From: Ostrea edulis
Lineage: Eukaryota
NCBI RefSeq assembly: GCF_947568905.1
Contig: NC_079171.1
Span: forward strand, 37,262,001-37,326,000
DNA length: 64,000 nucleotides
Direction: 5' to 3'
Part shown: positions 49,239 through 62,173 of the stretch, one piece after another
Layout: every line of letters begins with the position of its first letter
Position numbering within the stretch: position 1 is the first letter of the stretch
Notes under the pieces: model-generated
The model's database searches: none
What the model was told of the DNA's origin: nothing
What the model saw: the letters and a program-made list of their open reading frames with translations, nothing else
Made by a program: the position numbers and the translations under genes

Positions 49239-50645
49239 ATGGTGAAACGTTGCTGTTGGGGCACTTGTAACACTGATAGCAGTTATTCAGATCGGCTTCA
49301 AGGAGGGATAGTGTTCATTCCTTTTCCAAAACCTGGAAGAAACTTGGAAAAAGCCAAGAGGTGGATATGTTTGTATGGTCGTCACCATTATCAGTTAAAT
49401 GAAGATATACTCAAAAAGAGAGGGAAAGCGAAGCATTTATACGTGTGTTCAAAGGTAATATGCTCACCGATACTTGTAACGCTCATTAAAATATCATTAA
49501 ACTCGTAAATAGAAAGTACAAAGGGGACATAGCTGCAGATCTGGTATCCATGCAGGTAAAGTGCTACATGTAGGTGATATGAAATGCAAATGAATACGGA
49601 GGTATATCAAAATATTGGTGATTATGTTATATAATCAAAACTCCTTTATGGAAATCCATGCAGTTAAATACGACCTGATCTGATGACTACATATAGCATG
49701 GAAGGATTCAGGATTTTAACAGGGGGATAAAAATTTTGGCAAAATAACCATTCTATTGGTATTCATTTTGTTTTTATTTTAAGCTTCTGTCATGTATAAG
49801 CTTAATTTTTGTGAAACCTTTTAAACATCTTAGACAGTAGAATTTGATCACTAAAACTTGAAAAATCAAATTATGAGGAAAATCTGGAATCAGTCCCTTT
49901 ACTGTACATGTACACAATCACTGTGACAGTAGATTCAGGTCTTCTATAATCATGTAACACGGATACTGAAACATGTACATACATATTCTACAACAATGCC
50001 AACCAGAATTTTTTTTAGCAAATTGCACTACATATGCACATACCTTTATTTAATGCATAATGTCCGACTGCTTTCTTGATTTCATTATATTGTTTAGTAA
50101 TCATTTTTGTTATTATAAAATTGGATGGTTTAATTGTTACAATATTTAAAAGATAAATTTGATGTTCTTAATGTGTTCCTTTTTTCAATTATTAGCATTT
50201 TGTCAATGGCCAGCCATCTGAGATGCATCGTGATCCAGTGTCTGCAGTCAGTTATGATGCAGTGACACCAGCTCGAAAACCACCCACCAAAAGAGGGTCA
50301 AGTTCAGAAACGAGAACTACATCTAAGCGACATATTTTGATGGACACTAGTACTGATATGTAAGTTGTCTTTGGGTCTAAAACGTATGGGATTATAAGGA
50401 AAAAAATTGCAGTTTACAGGGCAAATATAGGGATTTTACAGCAGATTTATAGGAATAAATAGGGTTTTTATTAAAGAATTTGTATAAAAGTTTATTGTTT
50501 CTGCATATTATCTTTCTGGAAAAGAAACAATATTAAACATAAACAAAGACAAAATCCTTTCAGATTTCCATCCAACAGATAGGTTTTATACAATGATCAT
50601 AGTTATTTTCTTCATAACAATCTAATTAGATATCAATCTAGCATC

Positions 50646-50694
<49 letters not shown>

Positions 50695-53551
50695 ATTTTT
50701 GAAAATAGGACTGTCATTTTCTTGGATATATAGGGCTTTTTAGGAATATTTATAATGACTTGTAGGGAAAATATAAGAACCTTTTGAGTTTACTTATAGG
50801 AATAAATAGGGACTTGACACCCTGAATTATAACTATATATATAGTATTGCATGATACATTTGCAAGATAAAGCATTTTGAAGTAAATATCCTCACATTTA
50901 AAAAAAATGGCAATGCATGTACAGTGTACTATATTTAAGCAAAACCTTTACCCAGTCTGACAAAAATTTCATCTTTAAGAAAATATTTGTAAGGAATGTG
51001 TTTCTTTGTAATCCATATCAAAGGAATCAACACAACGAAGCTGGTAGTGATGTGTTAAAGGCATCATCTGAAATTCAACATGTTTCAACGACTGCACCTA
51101 CAAGTTCTCAAGCATCAGCAACAAAAAATGTTAACCAAATTCTTCCTGGTAATTATGTTCTATGATTCAATATAAAGGAGCAGTATTTTCAAATGACATG
51201 ATATCTATGCACCAAAATAAAAAATATACTCTACTGAAAGTGTAAAAAGAACTTTAGTCAACTGAATTTGAATTATTAGTACATTTATATACAAATTTAA
51301 GTGTTTGACAGCAAACAGAATTTCATCTCCAAGACTCTCTACATATATCTACCATACAAAGATATTAATGACCTGTAAACAAATCTTTCTGTCACACTGA
51401 GTCAGTGTTTATTTATTTCCTTCTTGTCATGAGGGGAGGAGGCTTATTATGTCTGGTACAAACACATTCTTGTTTTCATAGTTGGTGTGGTAAATCGACA
51501 TCATACATGTAGATCAGAATCATATTTGTGGATAAATGGCTCAAAATGTTGGACATAAAACTTAGCTAGTTTCTGAACTAAGACATCCATAGTAGACTTG
51601 TTTGGATAAACTCCTTCTACATATAAGTCTTGTTTGGTATATGTAATGAAGTCACAAAATGGAGCTCCGGTGACTAGAAGCTGTCCTTGGACTTGATACC
51701 AGTGGGAATGCTCATGTTTTAAGCTGAAAGTGTCACCATTTCTTTGGAGGAAGAAATAATTTCTTGTTTCACATGCTTCACTGATGGTCTTGTCTCTGAC
51801 AGAGTAAGGATATTTAATTTCAATCAAGCCACTTTCCGACTTATCACACTGTGCCATCAGGAGTTGCACCTAGAAATGGTAGTTCTGTGTTTACAATCAA
51901 ACCTATATCATGAAGGTGGTGTCCCGTTTTCTTAATGTATATTTGGTTGGCAATGTGTTCATTCGCTTTACCATGTGATGTAGCAGAAGATGTGAAATCA
52001 TTCTTTTGAAATGTGTTCTTTAAACATTTCTGGTTTACGTCTTTCAGACTTTGAGATCTTGTTGCTTTTTCCAAATTAATTACATCACTCTGTGTCAAAT
52101 TCAGCTCAGTCCATTCATATGTAAGGTTTTGAATGCATTCAAGGTCAATGCAGGTATGAGGGGCTTTTGGGAACACAGTACTTCCACAGTTTTCTGCTGC
52201 ACGGGGTTTTGTAATAGGTAAAATCAATGGTGCCTGAAATTATGCGATAATAAATACATTGCGATAATAAATACATTGCAATGATATACATGCCATACAA
52301 TGTTGAAGGTTATGTTTAGGATCTCCAATGAGTTGTGATCGGATTTGACTTTCATGGAAAAAGTGTGTTTTCTATCGGGATCCATGTTGAGTTGTATATA
52401 AATCATGTCTAATGAAAAACAATTCAAGATTCTTTTTATCATATATGTTTTACATTATTGTACTAACCATGAATACTAAAAAAAGACAAGAAATAATATT
52501 AAATTTTCCAAATATATTGCAGGTTGTAATCCACTTGAAACACTGGCCATTATTGCTGACAATACTGCATTAACTGAAGAGAAGGAAAAACTGCTCCGAA
52601 TTAATTTTGAGCTGAAACAACAAAATTCAGGACGATTTGGATATAAAAAACTGAAGGACATTGATTATCAGTATTATACGAGGTTTTCTAAAGACCGGTT
52701 CAATGTTTTATACTCACTTTTAGTACCAACAGAAGAAGATCCTATTATATGGAGTAAAACTCTTAAAGGTTCAAAATCGTTGTCAACAAAGGATCAGCTC
52801 TTGCTTGTTTTGATAAAACTGAGACAAAACTTTGACTTTAAACATATTTCATATTTGTTTGATATATATGTGCAAGACTGCAGTGCAATATTCACCCACT
52901 GGATTAATTTCATGTTTTTCAGACTAGGTAGTGTAGATATATGGCCTCATCGTTGAAAACATGCCTGAAAATTATAAGAAAGATTTTCCAGGCACTTTCA
53001 TCATTATTGACTATACGGAGTTAAAAGTACAAAAGCCCAGTTCTCTCAATCGACAGAGTCAATGTTATTCTGACTATAAGTCATGCACAACTTTGAAAGG
53101 ACTTGTGGGCATAGATCCAAGGGGCTCTGTAATATTTTCTTCCATGTTATTCTCTGGATCAGTATCTGGTAAAGTTATTACACAGGAGTGTGGCTTCCTT
53201 AAAGTATTGTCAGACTTTAAACAATGTGGGAAATTACAAAATGGTGATGGAGTTATGGTGGACAAAGGGTTTAATATTGAAAAGGAAATCGAAGCTATTG
53301 GTCTTCGGCTAAACATTCCACCTTTTGCGTCATGTGCAACACAGACGAAAGCTGCAGGGGTAACAGAAACTGTCAAAATAGCCAAACATCGTGTGCATGT
53401 TGAACGGGCTATTGCTCGTATAAAACAGTTCAAAATACGGTCAGGCAAAATGAGTCTTTCTCGTTTTAGTATTGTTGATCAGTTATGGTTAACTTGTTGT
53501 GTATTGACCAATTGTATGCCATATTTTATTCAAGATAATGAAAACTGTTAA
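49239..53551 (+). pseudogene. THAP-HTH-DDE (DDE_Tnp_4-like) transposase, 4 exons
   Basis: Exons 49239-49454, 50196-50359, 51024-51148 and 52523-53551, all GT-AG, with intron phases 0, 2 and 1 consistent. THAP CCWGTC..FP..W..VCSK|HF; DQLLLVLIKLRQN; IIDYTE; MVDKGF; RVHVERAI. Frameshift near 52950. Confidence 0.85.
50648..50691. repeat. (CT)n microsatellite
   Basis: Direct reading. Confidence 0.95.
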
Positions 53552-53820
53552 ACTTCATTCACTAATTTTTGTTGTTGTAAATTTTCATAATATCAACGAG
53601 GTTTTCCTACAAATGGATTTTTTTAAATGAATCGATTGCATATGAAAAATGTAATAATCTTTGATATTTACTGTATAATGCTACACCAAAGAAATTTGAT
53701 ATGGATGAAAAGTGGAAGATATGTGCAACAATATTTTGAAATTGAAAACTTTAAAATTTACTTCATTTAGTCACAATATGCAGTTTTAGTAGAAAGCAAT
53801 CTGACAAAAAAAATTTAAAA

Positions 53821-53888
53821 CCTCTGCTGGACTCGAACCCTTGATCTACAGATCAACACTCGGTATGCTAAGCTACTCAGCTAGGCGA
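53821..53888 (-). other. tRNA-like sequence (pseudo-tRNA or SINE head)
   Basis: Reverse complement gcctagctgagtagcttagc ... ggttcgagtccagcagagg has A- and B-box-like motifs; a clean cloverleaf could not be built. Confidence 0.5.
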
Positions 53889-54326
53889 TGATGTTTGAAA
53901 TGAAAAGACAAATATTACTGATATTCATATTTCATTCCATGTTTTAAAAGGAAGTCAGTCATTATGATACTGTGGAGTACCTCCTTAAAAAGTTTAATTC
54001 GTATATTTTGTCTGAATAAAGTTTGTAACTTACATGATACCTGAAAGGAGATCCTATGCAATGAGCACCGAATAGAGTGTTGATCCTGGATACCAGATAG
54101 GAAATTGGGGCTTGTTTAAACTTTTTCAGGATTTCCATATCCATTTCACCGATTTCAGTTTTCCTGAAAATTGTAGAAAAATAATTTTGAATGACCATTT
54201 AAAAGAACTTTATGTTGTAACAAGTGTTCTGTGCCAAACACTTGGGCGGGACTTGGCAGCAGTGTGGTTTGAAGTCTTTTAGCTGAGACCTAATTACCAC
54301 ACCTGTAAAAACGTGTTAGAGGCCAG

Positions 54327-54532
54327 GGGCCCGTTTTACAAAACAACTTGCGACAAAGTCGCAAGTCTTAAATTGTATTATACAGTTATTACTTTAAATG
54401 AATGAATTAAAACTTTTCTAAGGCTAAATCTTCAATATTTTCTTTAAAAAATATTTTGCATTCGGAGTGAATGATTTACAATAAAGTTGAAAATTTTGTC
54501 GTAAGTCTGAAGTTCTTTTGTAAAACGAACCC
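54327..54532. mobile_element. MITE with CWG-type flanks, in a YqaJ intron
   Basis: cag|gggcccgttttacaaaacaactt ... aagttcttttgtaaaacgaaccc|ctg. Confidence 0.65.
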
Positions 54533-55585
54533 CTGGTGTCCCTGTATGTGCTTTACAACTAAGTGAGTCTTTTCTGCTGAAACGCCTTAATTTGGCCAAA
54601 ACATTGGCCACGTGTATATCTAATTTAAAGACTGTCTCCATGTGAGTGAAATGTAGAATGACAATCAGTCATGCAAAACAATTAGAAAACAATGAGGAGA
54701 AAAATTGATTGAAAGATGTACACTTTTTTTTACCGTGTGTCAACAAAAGAAGCCACAATTGGCTTTCTTTTTCTGTTTAGGTTTGATGGGTTGGAAATGA
54801 TCATCCGGGACACTGGTTCTGGTTGAATCTTGTCACCTCTTGGCTTATCCCACTGTTGGGGTAGGGAAGTTGATGACAGCATTGAGGGAATTTTAACAAA
54901 ACCAGAAATCTTCCACTGCTCCAGAATCATAATAACAGCTAGGACGTGTGCACATTGACCTGCCTCCCTGTAATATGTACACAACATGGAAAAAAATCCC
55001 CACACCAAATTTGCATAATATACATTTAACAAATTAACAATAGCATTATAATACTACATGTACCCCAATACAAAACTATTTCACACATATGTTTAGTATA
55101 ATTATCTAAACGGGCTTTTGAGAAAGGTGTGTACCTATATTTGGTAAAGAAATTGAATCATAGTTACACTGACCTGGAATGTGCACTCTTTAGTTAGCAA
55201 ATAACTGGAAACACAAACATTGGTAAAATGCACCGCGTTACTAAAAGGAACAAAAATACAACAAATGAAATTTGAAAAAAAAAATAAGGACAACACTGAG
55301 CAACATTAATGAAATATGACAAAACTTTTCCGAGTGAAGTTGTTTACAAACGCTCTCTATTTATGCCTGATGCACGCATGTACGTAGATCTATATGCTTC
55401 AAGAACAATAATTTAAATAAACAAAAACGTAAAATTGAAATTATAAACAAGTGAAAACTGTTTCAATAACTCAAAATAACCTTACACACACCCAGCTTTG
55501 CAACTGCAATGTGCATCATCTAATTTCTTCTTTTCAAAGTTGACATCAATGTTGATCTTGTGTGGGTCCTCTGTTTTTCTCTGAC

Positions 55586-58500
55586 TCCTTCTTCTTCTTC
55601 CATTTTGGTACATTACCGCTCTTGGCGTAAACTCGTACCGGCGCATGAGGTGCAAAGATGACTGTACAGGTGCAGGTTAAAAACAACATATTTACAGTGC
55701 AGTTAAAAACGACCGGTAGGTTTAACGTCTGATGGTGGTGTTCTGTATCTGGAACTTGAAGTTCTCCACAGATGTTGCACATACTGCTTCGGATGGTAAA
55801 GCATTCCAAATACGAATTCTATCAGGGAAGAAAGATTTCTGGTATATAAGAGTCCTTGCATACGGTACCATGAAGCTGATGTTGTTGCCTCTCAGCGAGT
55901 TGGTCGGTACCAGGATAGGTGATGAAGGTATGTCTATCAACTGGTTGACTACCTTGTACATCATTACTGCCTTAGCTTGAGCTCTGCTAGTTGTCCGGTA
56001 ATCAAAATTTACCATGCGGGCAGCTCTCCGTTGCACCATCTCCAGTTTCTGGATGTTGGCGGCAGTGTAAGGGTCCCATATTACGCTGGCGTACTCTGTG
56101 ACTGGCCGGACCAGGGTTGTATAGCAGAGTGCCTTGGTGTTACGTGGACACTGCTGTATGTTCCTCCGCAAAAAGGCAAGGGTGTTATTTGCCTTTTTTG
56201 CAACCTGATCAACATGGTGGTTCCACTTCAGGCTCTTGTGTATATGGACCCCAAGATATTTTGCTGAATCCACTACTTCGAGGGTATGACCATGGATATG
56301 GTATTGGTGGCTTATGATCTTCCTCTTGTTGGTAATGTTCTGGATCTGGCACTTCTTGGGGTGGAATTCCATGAGCCAGTCAGCCTCCCACTTTTGTAAA
56401 CTGATCAGATCCTCCTGAAGCTGGATGGCATCAGCGGAACATCTGATGTGTTTGTACAGAGCACAATCGTCAGCAAATAGTCGGACCGTTGAACCCTCTG
56501 ATACTGCCTCCGGTAGGTCATTTATGAACAGCAGAAAGAGCAACGGGCCAAGGACACTCCCCTGGGGCACGCCAGACTGGACTGGTGCATCACTGGAAGT
56601 TACCCCTTCCAGGAGTACCTACTGTGTTTGCTCACCCAGGAAGTCCCCTATCCACTGACTAATGTTGTGACGGATGCCGTAGTACTTGATCTTGTAGAGA
56701 AGGCGTCTGTGTGGAACTTTATCGAAGGCCTTCGAAAAGTTCAGCAGTATTAGATTTGTCTGGTTCCGGTTGTCGATGTTCATAGCAAGGTCTTGAATTG
56801 TAATTATGAGCTGGCTTTCACAAGATCTTCGTTTGCGGAAGCCATGCTGAGCATCATGGAGGATGTTGTGTGTATCTAGATGTCGCATGATGCTACTGCA
56901 TACTATGTGTTCCAGCATCTTACATGTTACTGAGGTGATAATTCTTTGCTTTACTCTTCTCCCCTTTTTTGAAGATCGGTACCACATTGGCTGTCTTCCA
57001 TTCCTTTGGTATTGTTCCCCGATCTAATGATGCTTGGAAGAAGAGTTGCAGCATGGGTACTATTTGTTTAACCGTCTCCTTCAGTAGTCGACATGATATC
57101 TTGCCTGGTCCAGTTGCTTTGTGTATTTGTAGGTTGGTCAAGATCTTGTAAACCCCCTCTTCTCCTACATTAATGGCAGGCATGTCTTTGTGTGGACTTA
57201 GTCCCTTGTCTGCTATTGTGTCCTCTCGTTCATCCTTGTTAAAAACAGAGGAGAACTGAGAGTTTAGAGTATCTGCCTTCTTACTGCTCTCAGACTGTGT
57301 CATTCCCTTGGTGTCCTCTAAGTGCTACTCCAGCACTGTCGGTTCTTAACAAAACTCCAGAATCTTTTTGGATTTGATGACGAATCTGGGCTGATGATGT
57401 TGGTAAAGAAAGAGTTGTACGCTGTTCTACAAGTTCTTCGTGACAGCTCTTTGAGATGTTTATGACGCTTGATGTCTTTAACATTTCCTGTTCTTCGTGC
57501 CTTCCGAAAGCTTTTCTTTTTCCTCCTCGATACTCTCTTCACTTCTTGTGTTATCCACAGCTCTGAGAATCTATTGGATGTCAATTTAGATGGTAAGTGC
57601 TGTTCTTGTATGGCCAGTAGTCGCTCTTTGATGAAAGTCCACATAGTTTCGATAGGGCTTGTGGTGTTAAATGTCGAGCAGAATTCTGTGGTTAGTGCCT
57701 CACTGTCCTTCTGTATGGCATCCATATTGGCTTTATTCCATAGGAGGATTTTGCGGGCAACTGGCTTATTCCTTCGTGTGGGCACACTGGCTGCGATCTG
57801 CACAATATCGTGATCTCCAATACCAGGGGCCGGGGAGCATTTATCCACCAAGGTTGGGCGGTTGGTAAGGAATAGATCAAGGGTGGTGTTATGTCGAGTG
57901 GGGAAACCCACCATTTGTTCGAAGCCACAGTGGTTTACACAATCCAGGAATTTCTGGTTTACTAGTACTTGATTGGAATTTCCTTCAATGCTCTGTGTGG
58001 TCCAGTTAATGTCCAGAAGGTTAAGGTCACCTCCTACCCAGAATGCTGCTTTCCGATATTTTGCTGTGATTGATTCTAGGGATGTGCACAAACGCTCCAT
58101 TTGGTCAGCCGATGAACTTGGAGGTCTGTAAAGCGCACCAGTGATCAGCCGGTTTCCCTTCTCCAAGGTAACTGAAGCATAGACCGATTTAGTATCGCTT
58201 TCTATGTTAATGCGTTCACTTATGATGTCAGTCTTCACAGCAATCAGAACTCCACCACCGAGAGCGTCCCTTCTATCCTTCCTTTATACGTTGTAGGATG
58301 AGGGAAAATCTCAGGGCTATATACGGACTCTGTCAGTTATTTTTCTGTTCCAATAATAATGTTGGGATTACAGGAATCAATGATGTTCAGTAGGTGCGGT
58401 TTTTTGTTTTTAATGCTCTGAAAGTTTATATTCAGGATGACAAATTTATTCCATGAGTGAGTGACGTTCATTGTGTCACGGTTCTTTGTAGCCTTTGGTG

Positions 58501-59065
58501 AGGAACTAGCTACGGGTGAACCAATTGAGTCATTTTCACTTTCTATGCTGCTAAATGAGGTAACTGTGTCCATATGAAGTGAATCAAAGAAACTGGAAGT
58601 AAACTGTGGCATACCACATGTTACACAATGTCATGCCACATTGTTCAAACAGTTATACATCTGCGAGTCCATATTCATACAATCCGCATGATACCATAAG
58701 TTACAATCATCGCATGCCACACCTCTTTGTTTCCATGTTACCGCCTTATGACATATTTGACAGGGGTACTTTGGAAGACGTGGACCAGGATTACTCTCTA
58801 CGTCCGACGAACACGTGAGAATGATGAAACTTAAGTATAAAAGTGTATGCATTTTAACTCGTTTGATGTTTGGGAAGACGGGTACATGTAAATACCTCAG
58901 GCCTCCGAGTCCTCTATTCGCTGCTATGCTACTGATACAATCCCTCCATAATTCACTTACAGTCTTATTTTCACTGTGTTCTGTCCTTACATTTGAAGAT
59001 CTCACTACTACAAGGATCAGAAACAGAAAGTAGAAGTTCACACTTACTGTCGTTGTTTACTTTCG
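55586..59065 (-). mobile_element. CR1/L2-group non-LTR retrotransposon (2A-like peptide, PHD, APE, RT), degenerate
   Basis: DVESNPGP; PHD C..C..C..C..WYH..C; GALYRPP, GGDLN, LDLFLT, DH (APE); FSKAFDKVPH, PQGSVLGPLLF, LFADD (RT); SFFP..IRIWNALP; (GAA)n tail near 55588-55601. Boundaries are tentative. Confidence 0.88.
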
Positions 59066-59859
59066 CTCTGACCGGAAGTTGTAAACCACATAGCAAAATT
59101 TACAAGAGGGGATAAGATCTAAATTTAGACTTAAAACACAGGTGTAGGTAAGTTCCAAGTCTGTTCCTATTGATAATAATGCAACCTGATGCGCCCCCAA
59201 CTTCATAGAAATTAGAAAATTTTAGTTTAGAGTACCGCTGAACGCGGGAAGTCGTCTTTGCACCGCACATGCGCAAAAGTTCAAAGGAAATAACTGCTAT
59301 ATACTTCGGCTTTTATTAGCATATCTTCGCGTTCTTGTGTATATAATTTGACTGATTTAACATAAGAATCCTTCATAAACACGAGAGCTCGTTGTTTTTG
59401 CCGAAGGGATGGTGTATGTAACATGTGTGATGCAGAAAAGTCGTCTTTGATGTCATTTAACGACATAATCCGCGCCATGTTGTTTATGCGTCGAATGTTG
59501 GGCTAGTTACCGTCGTCATGGTGGGTAGGGCTTACACGAAAATCGGTGATCGGCCAATTGCACCAAAATATATCATAATATGACTGAATATTTAGTTCAA
59601 AAATAAATGTTGAATAATAGAAACTTTTACAAGATTTCTGTAAAAAGCTGTTGACGGAGGTGTAGTGCGAGGAGGGCACGGGACTCTGGGTGTATCATGC
59701 TTGTTTGTAGGCAGGGTAAGACTAAATGTGGCGTCAGGTCTATGTTATGACGTATGTCACAATACGATTGTGACATAGGTGGATCATTTAGTTTTATGCA
59801 ATAAATATTTCCTTTATACAAACTATGTATACAAATGTTGATTTAGTAAATTAATATAA

Positions 59860-59957
59860 ATATAAGAAATGAACATCGGGTTTCACATAATTGGCCTCAA
59901 ATCCAGATTCGTTCATATTGACCACGATCACTCAAAAGTGATGTTCATTTCTTAAAT
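59860..59957. mobile_element. ~98-bp MITE-like element
   Basis: atataagaaatgaacatc (59860-59877) / gatgttcatttcttaaat (59940-59957), 17 of 18 bases inverted-match. Confidence 0.6.
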
Positions 59958-60009
59958 AACTTTGGAGTTTGATCCAATTTTAAGAAAACCTAACCTATTC
60001 GATATTTCC

Positions 60010-60345
60010 TGAAATATTTCCTGAATTATTTGAGGTATGGCTTTCATACTTTGTCTATGGATTCGTATTGCAAGACCTTTCATATTATAGCATGATCTAT
60101 GACCTTGACCTCAGAACAAACCTGAACTTTCTCAGAACCGTAAGGTCATGCTAGTCATATTACCTATGTTGTGTGAATTCATGTTCGAATATGTTGACGT
60201 GACCAGTTGGGGCTAGGTTAAACCCACCATATATGGTGTCAATTTTTCATGGGAATTGAAATTATTTTTAAAGAAAAAATCAAAACAGTCGTACAACAGC
60301 AAGGCCAAGCCAATTCAAGTGAGCGATGTGGCCCATGGGCATTGA
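60010..60345 (+). mobile_element. Helentron-like 3' fragment
   Basis: Ends caagtgagcgatgtggcccatgggc, a hairpin terminus typical of bivalve HINE-type repeats. Confidence 0.5.
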
Positions 60346-60702
60346 TTTTTGCATTGCTTTTGTATTACTTGACCCATGGGTGTAAAATGCAAGACCAATA
60401 TGAAAACGTATTCATTTGAGAAAATGTCGTCATAATTTTTTTCCATATAATAGCGGAAAAAAGAAACTGTGCATTATTTAATATATGAAAAAATAATAAA
60501 GAATAACAATGAACAAATTTTATTTTTGTACTACTGTTACATGTAACAAATCTATTCGTTACAACATTTCATAATCCATTAATGTTAACGTCGAATAATT
60601 CAGCACACTCGAAAGACACTGGTATTCGAATTTGAATTAACAAAGTTAATAACGCGTGTGACCATCATTTACATTAACGCACGCTTCACAACGGCGCATC
60701 AT

Positions 60703-61638
60703 TTATGCTACTAAAGTGTTCAGAAATGCTTGAGGGATGTTGTAACAGATGTTGCTTAAAGCCTGGCCTAAGTCAGCCAATGTCACTGGCTGATTTTGTA
60801 AACGGCGTAGACGTCGTTCCATTTCATCCCAGATGTGCTCGATCGGCGATAAATCGGCAAGACATCCACATTCTGTTGAACAAAAAAGTCCCTGACTACA
60901 CGTGGAACATGTGACCTTGCGTTGTCTTGCTGCAGTGATGTGATTTTGCTTTCTCTGTAGGAAGGGTATCACATGGCGCTGAATAATTTCGTCTCGATAG
61001 CGTACGCCGGTAAGATTTCCATTGACAAATTGTAGAGGGGTCCTTCCATGTACTGTTATTCCACCCCACACCATAACGTTACCTCCACCGAATTGTTGAC
61101 GCTGCACAACACAAGCGTCCTGGTACCCCTCCCCAACTCGACCATACACTCTACAACGGCCGTCACTGATATACAAATGAAATCTGGATTCATCAAATAA
61201 CAAACTATTGGCCCAGTCCTATATTCTGAATCATAGATGTCGTCTGCACCACGCTAGTCTAGCGATACCATGACGTTGAAACAGTGTTGGGCGAACCACT
61301 AAACGTCTAGGTCTGATGTTGTGCTCGCACAGACGATTACACACAGTTCTTGGACTAATTGGTCGAAGTCCAGAAATGCTACGAGCAGTCAAACTTGCTG
61401 TCTGGAAATTATTTCTCAGGTGCACAAGTCTAATGTGGTTGTCTTGTCGACTTGACGTCACACGAGGACGCCCAGAACGTGGTCGACTCCGAGTGTTACC
61501 AGATTGTTGGAAACGTCTCCATAATGACTGGATGGTGTTCTGATGAACTCCAAAGTGTCTTGCTACGATATTTTGTGCCATTCCAGCTTGAAGCATCTCA
61601 ACAGAACGATTACGTTGGTTTTAGCTGAGTCGTGACAT
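60703..61638 (-). pseudogene. Tc1-family transposase, disrupted
   Basis: ATG at 61638 followed by an early stop; HTH ARHFGVH..RSGRPRVT; FDESRF; GGGNVMVWGGI; DLSPIEHIWDEM. Frameshifts present; TIRs not resolved. Confidence 0.85.
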
Positions 61639-62173
61639 GGCAGAAAGTTAAATTTTATCAAAACTAAAGTCCAAACAAACCTTTTACACTTCTTACTCCA
61701 AACAATAGTGGCCAGTAAAACTCATGCGTACGAACATTTCAATAAACAGCATGTGTTCACTAACCATGAAAAAGTCCGTGTATCTGAGTGGGGTACTATC
61801 CGATATGGTTCAAAACCATCACCTTTATCGATTGTATAGATTTTATCAATATAAACAATAAATATAGAAAAATCATACTAAATTTTATAATGCACAGTTT
61901 CTTTTTTCCACTACTATATTGAGAGTGTTTATCTTCTGAAGGGATATCCTTGTGGTTTTGTACGAACATACATATTTGCAAGCATTCCTCATGATGAGAA
62001 TAAGCGAATCAGACACTTGGCTTGCGAATATGACGAACGGAATTAAGTTAGGTTTGTTACGACGCGTCCTTGTAGTTGTGGTCTTGGGTACACTTGTCCC
62101 AAACTGCAAAATAATTTTTTAAAAAGTTGATTAACTGTGACAAATTACTTCTTTTTGCAGATCATCAACACAA

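Larger units (their letters stand above)
51501..59478 (-). pseudogene. YqaJ / lambda-exonuclease-like accessory gene of ISL2EU, multi-exon, disrupted
   Basis: N-terminal ORF at 59281-59478; SWIM-like GQCAHVLA..STSLPQQWDKPRG near 54750-54965; exon 54163-54034 (GSPFRYH|gtaagt); last exon from 52233 (cag|GCA CCA) with LGATPDG, GLIEIKYP and WYQVQGQL..CDF. Upstream exons are only partly resolved. Confidence 0.8.
49078..59556. mobile_element. ISL2EU-type (PIF/Harbinger-related) DNA transposon with nested insertions
   Basis: Imperfect TIR tggcggatcgccgaatttt / aaaatcggtgatcggcca flanked by AT (49076-49077 and 59557-59558). Encodes a THAP-HTH-DDE transposase (+) and a SWIM-like/YqaJ protein (-). Confidence 0.8.

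Noticed and set aside
51501-53551. Simple inversion as the explanation for the ISL2EU exon order
   Set aside because: An inversion would flip both exons' strands; here each exon keeps the strand and splice phase of its own gene.
55579-59072. ctctgac as the TSD of the CR1/L2-type LINE
   Set aside because: Only 7 bp, and the true 5' end is uncertain. Used only as a tentative boundary.
55199-59296. 9-bp direct repeat aaataactg as the TSD of a 4.1-kb insertion
   Set aside because: No TIR at the ends, and the left copy coincides with a good minus-strand splice acceptor. An intron with a mutated donor fits equally well, so this is left unresolved.
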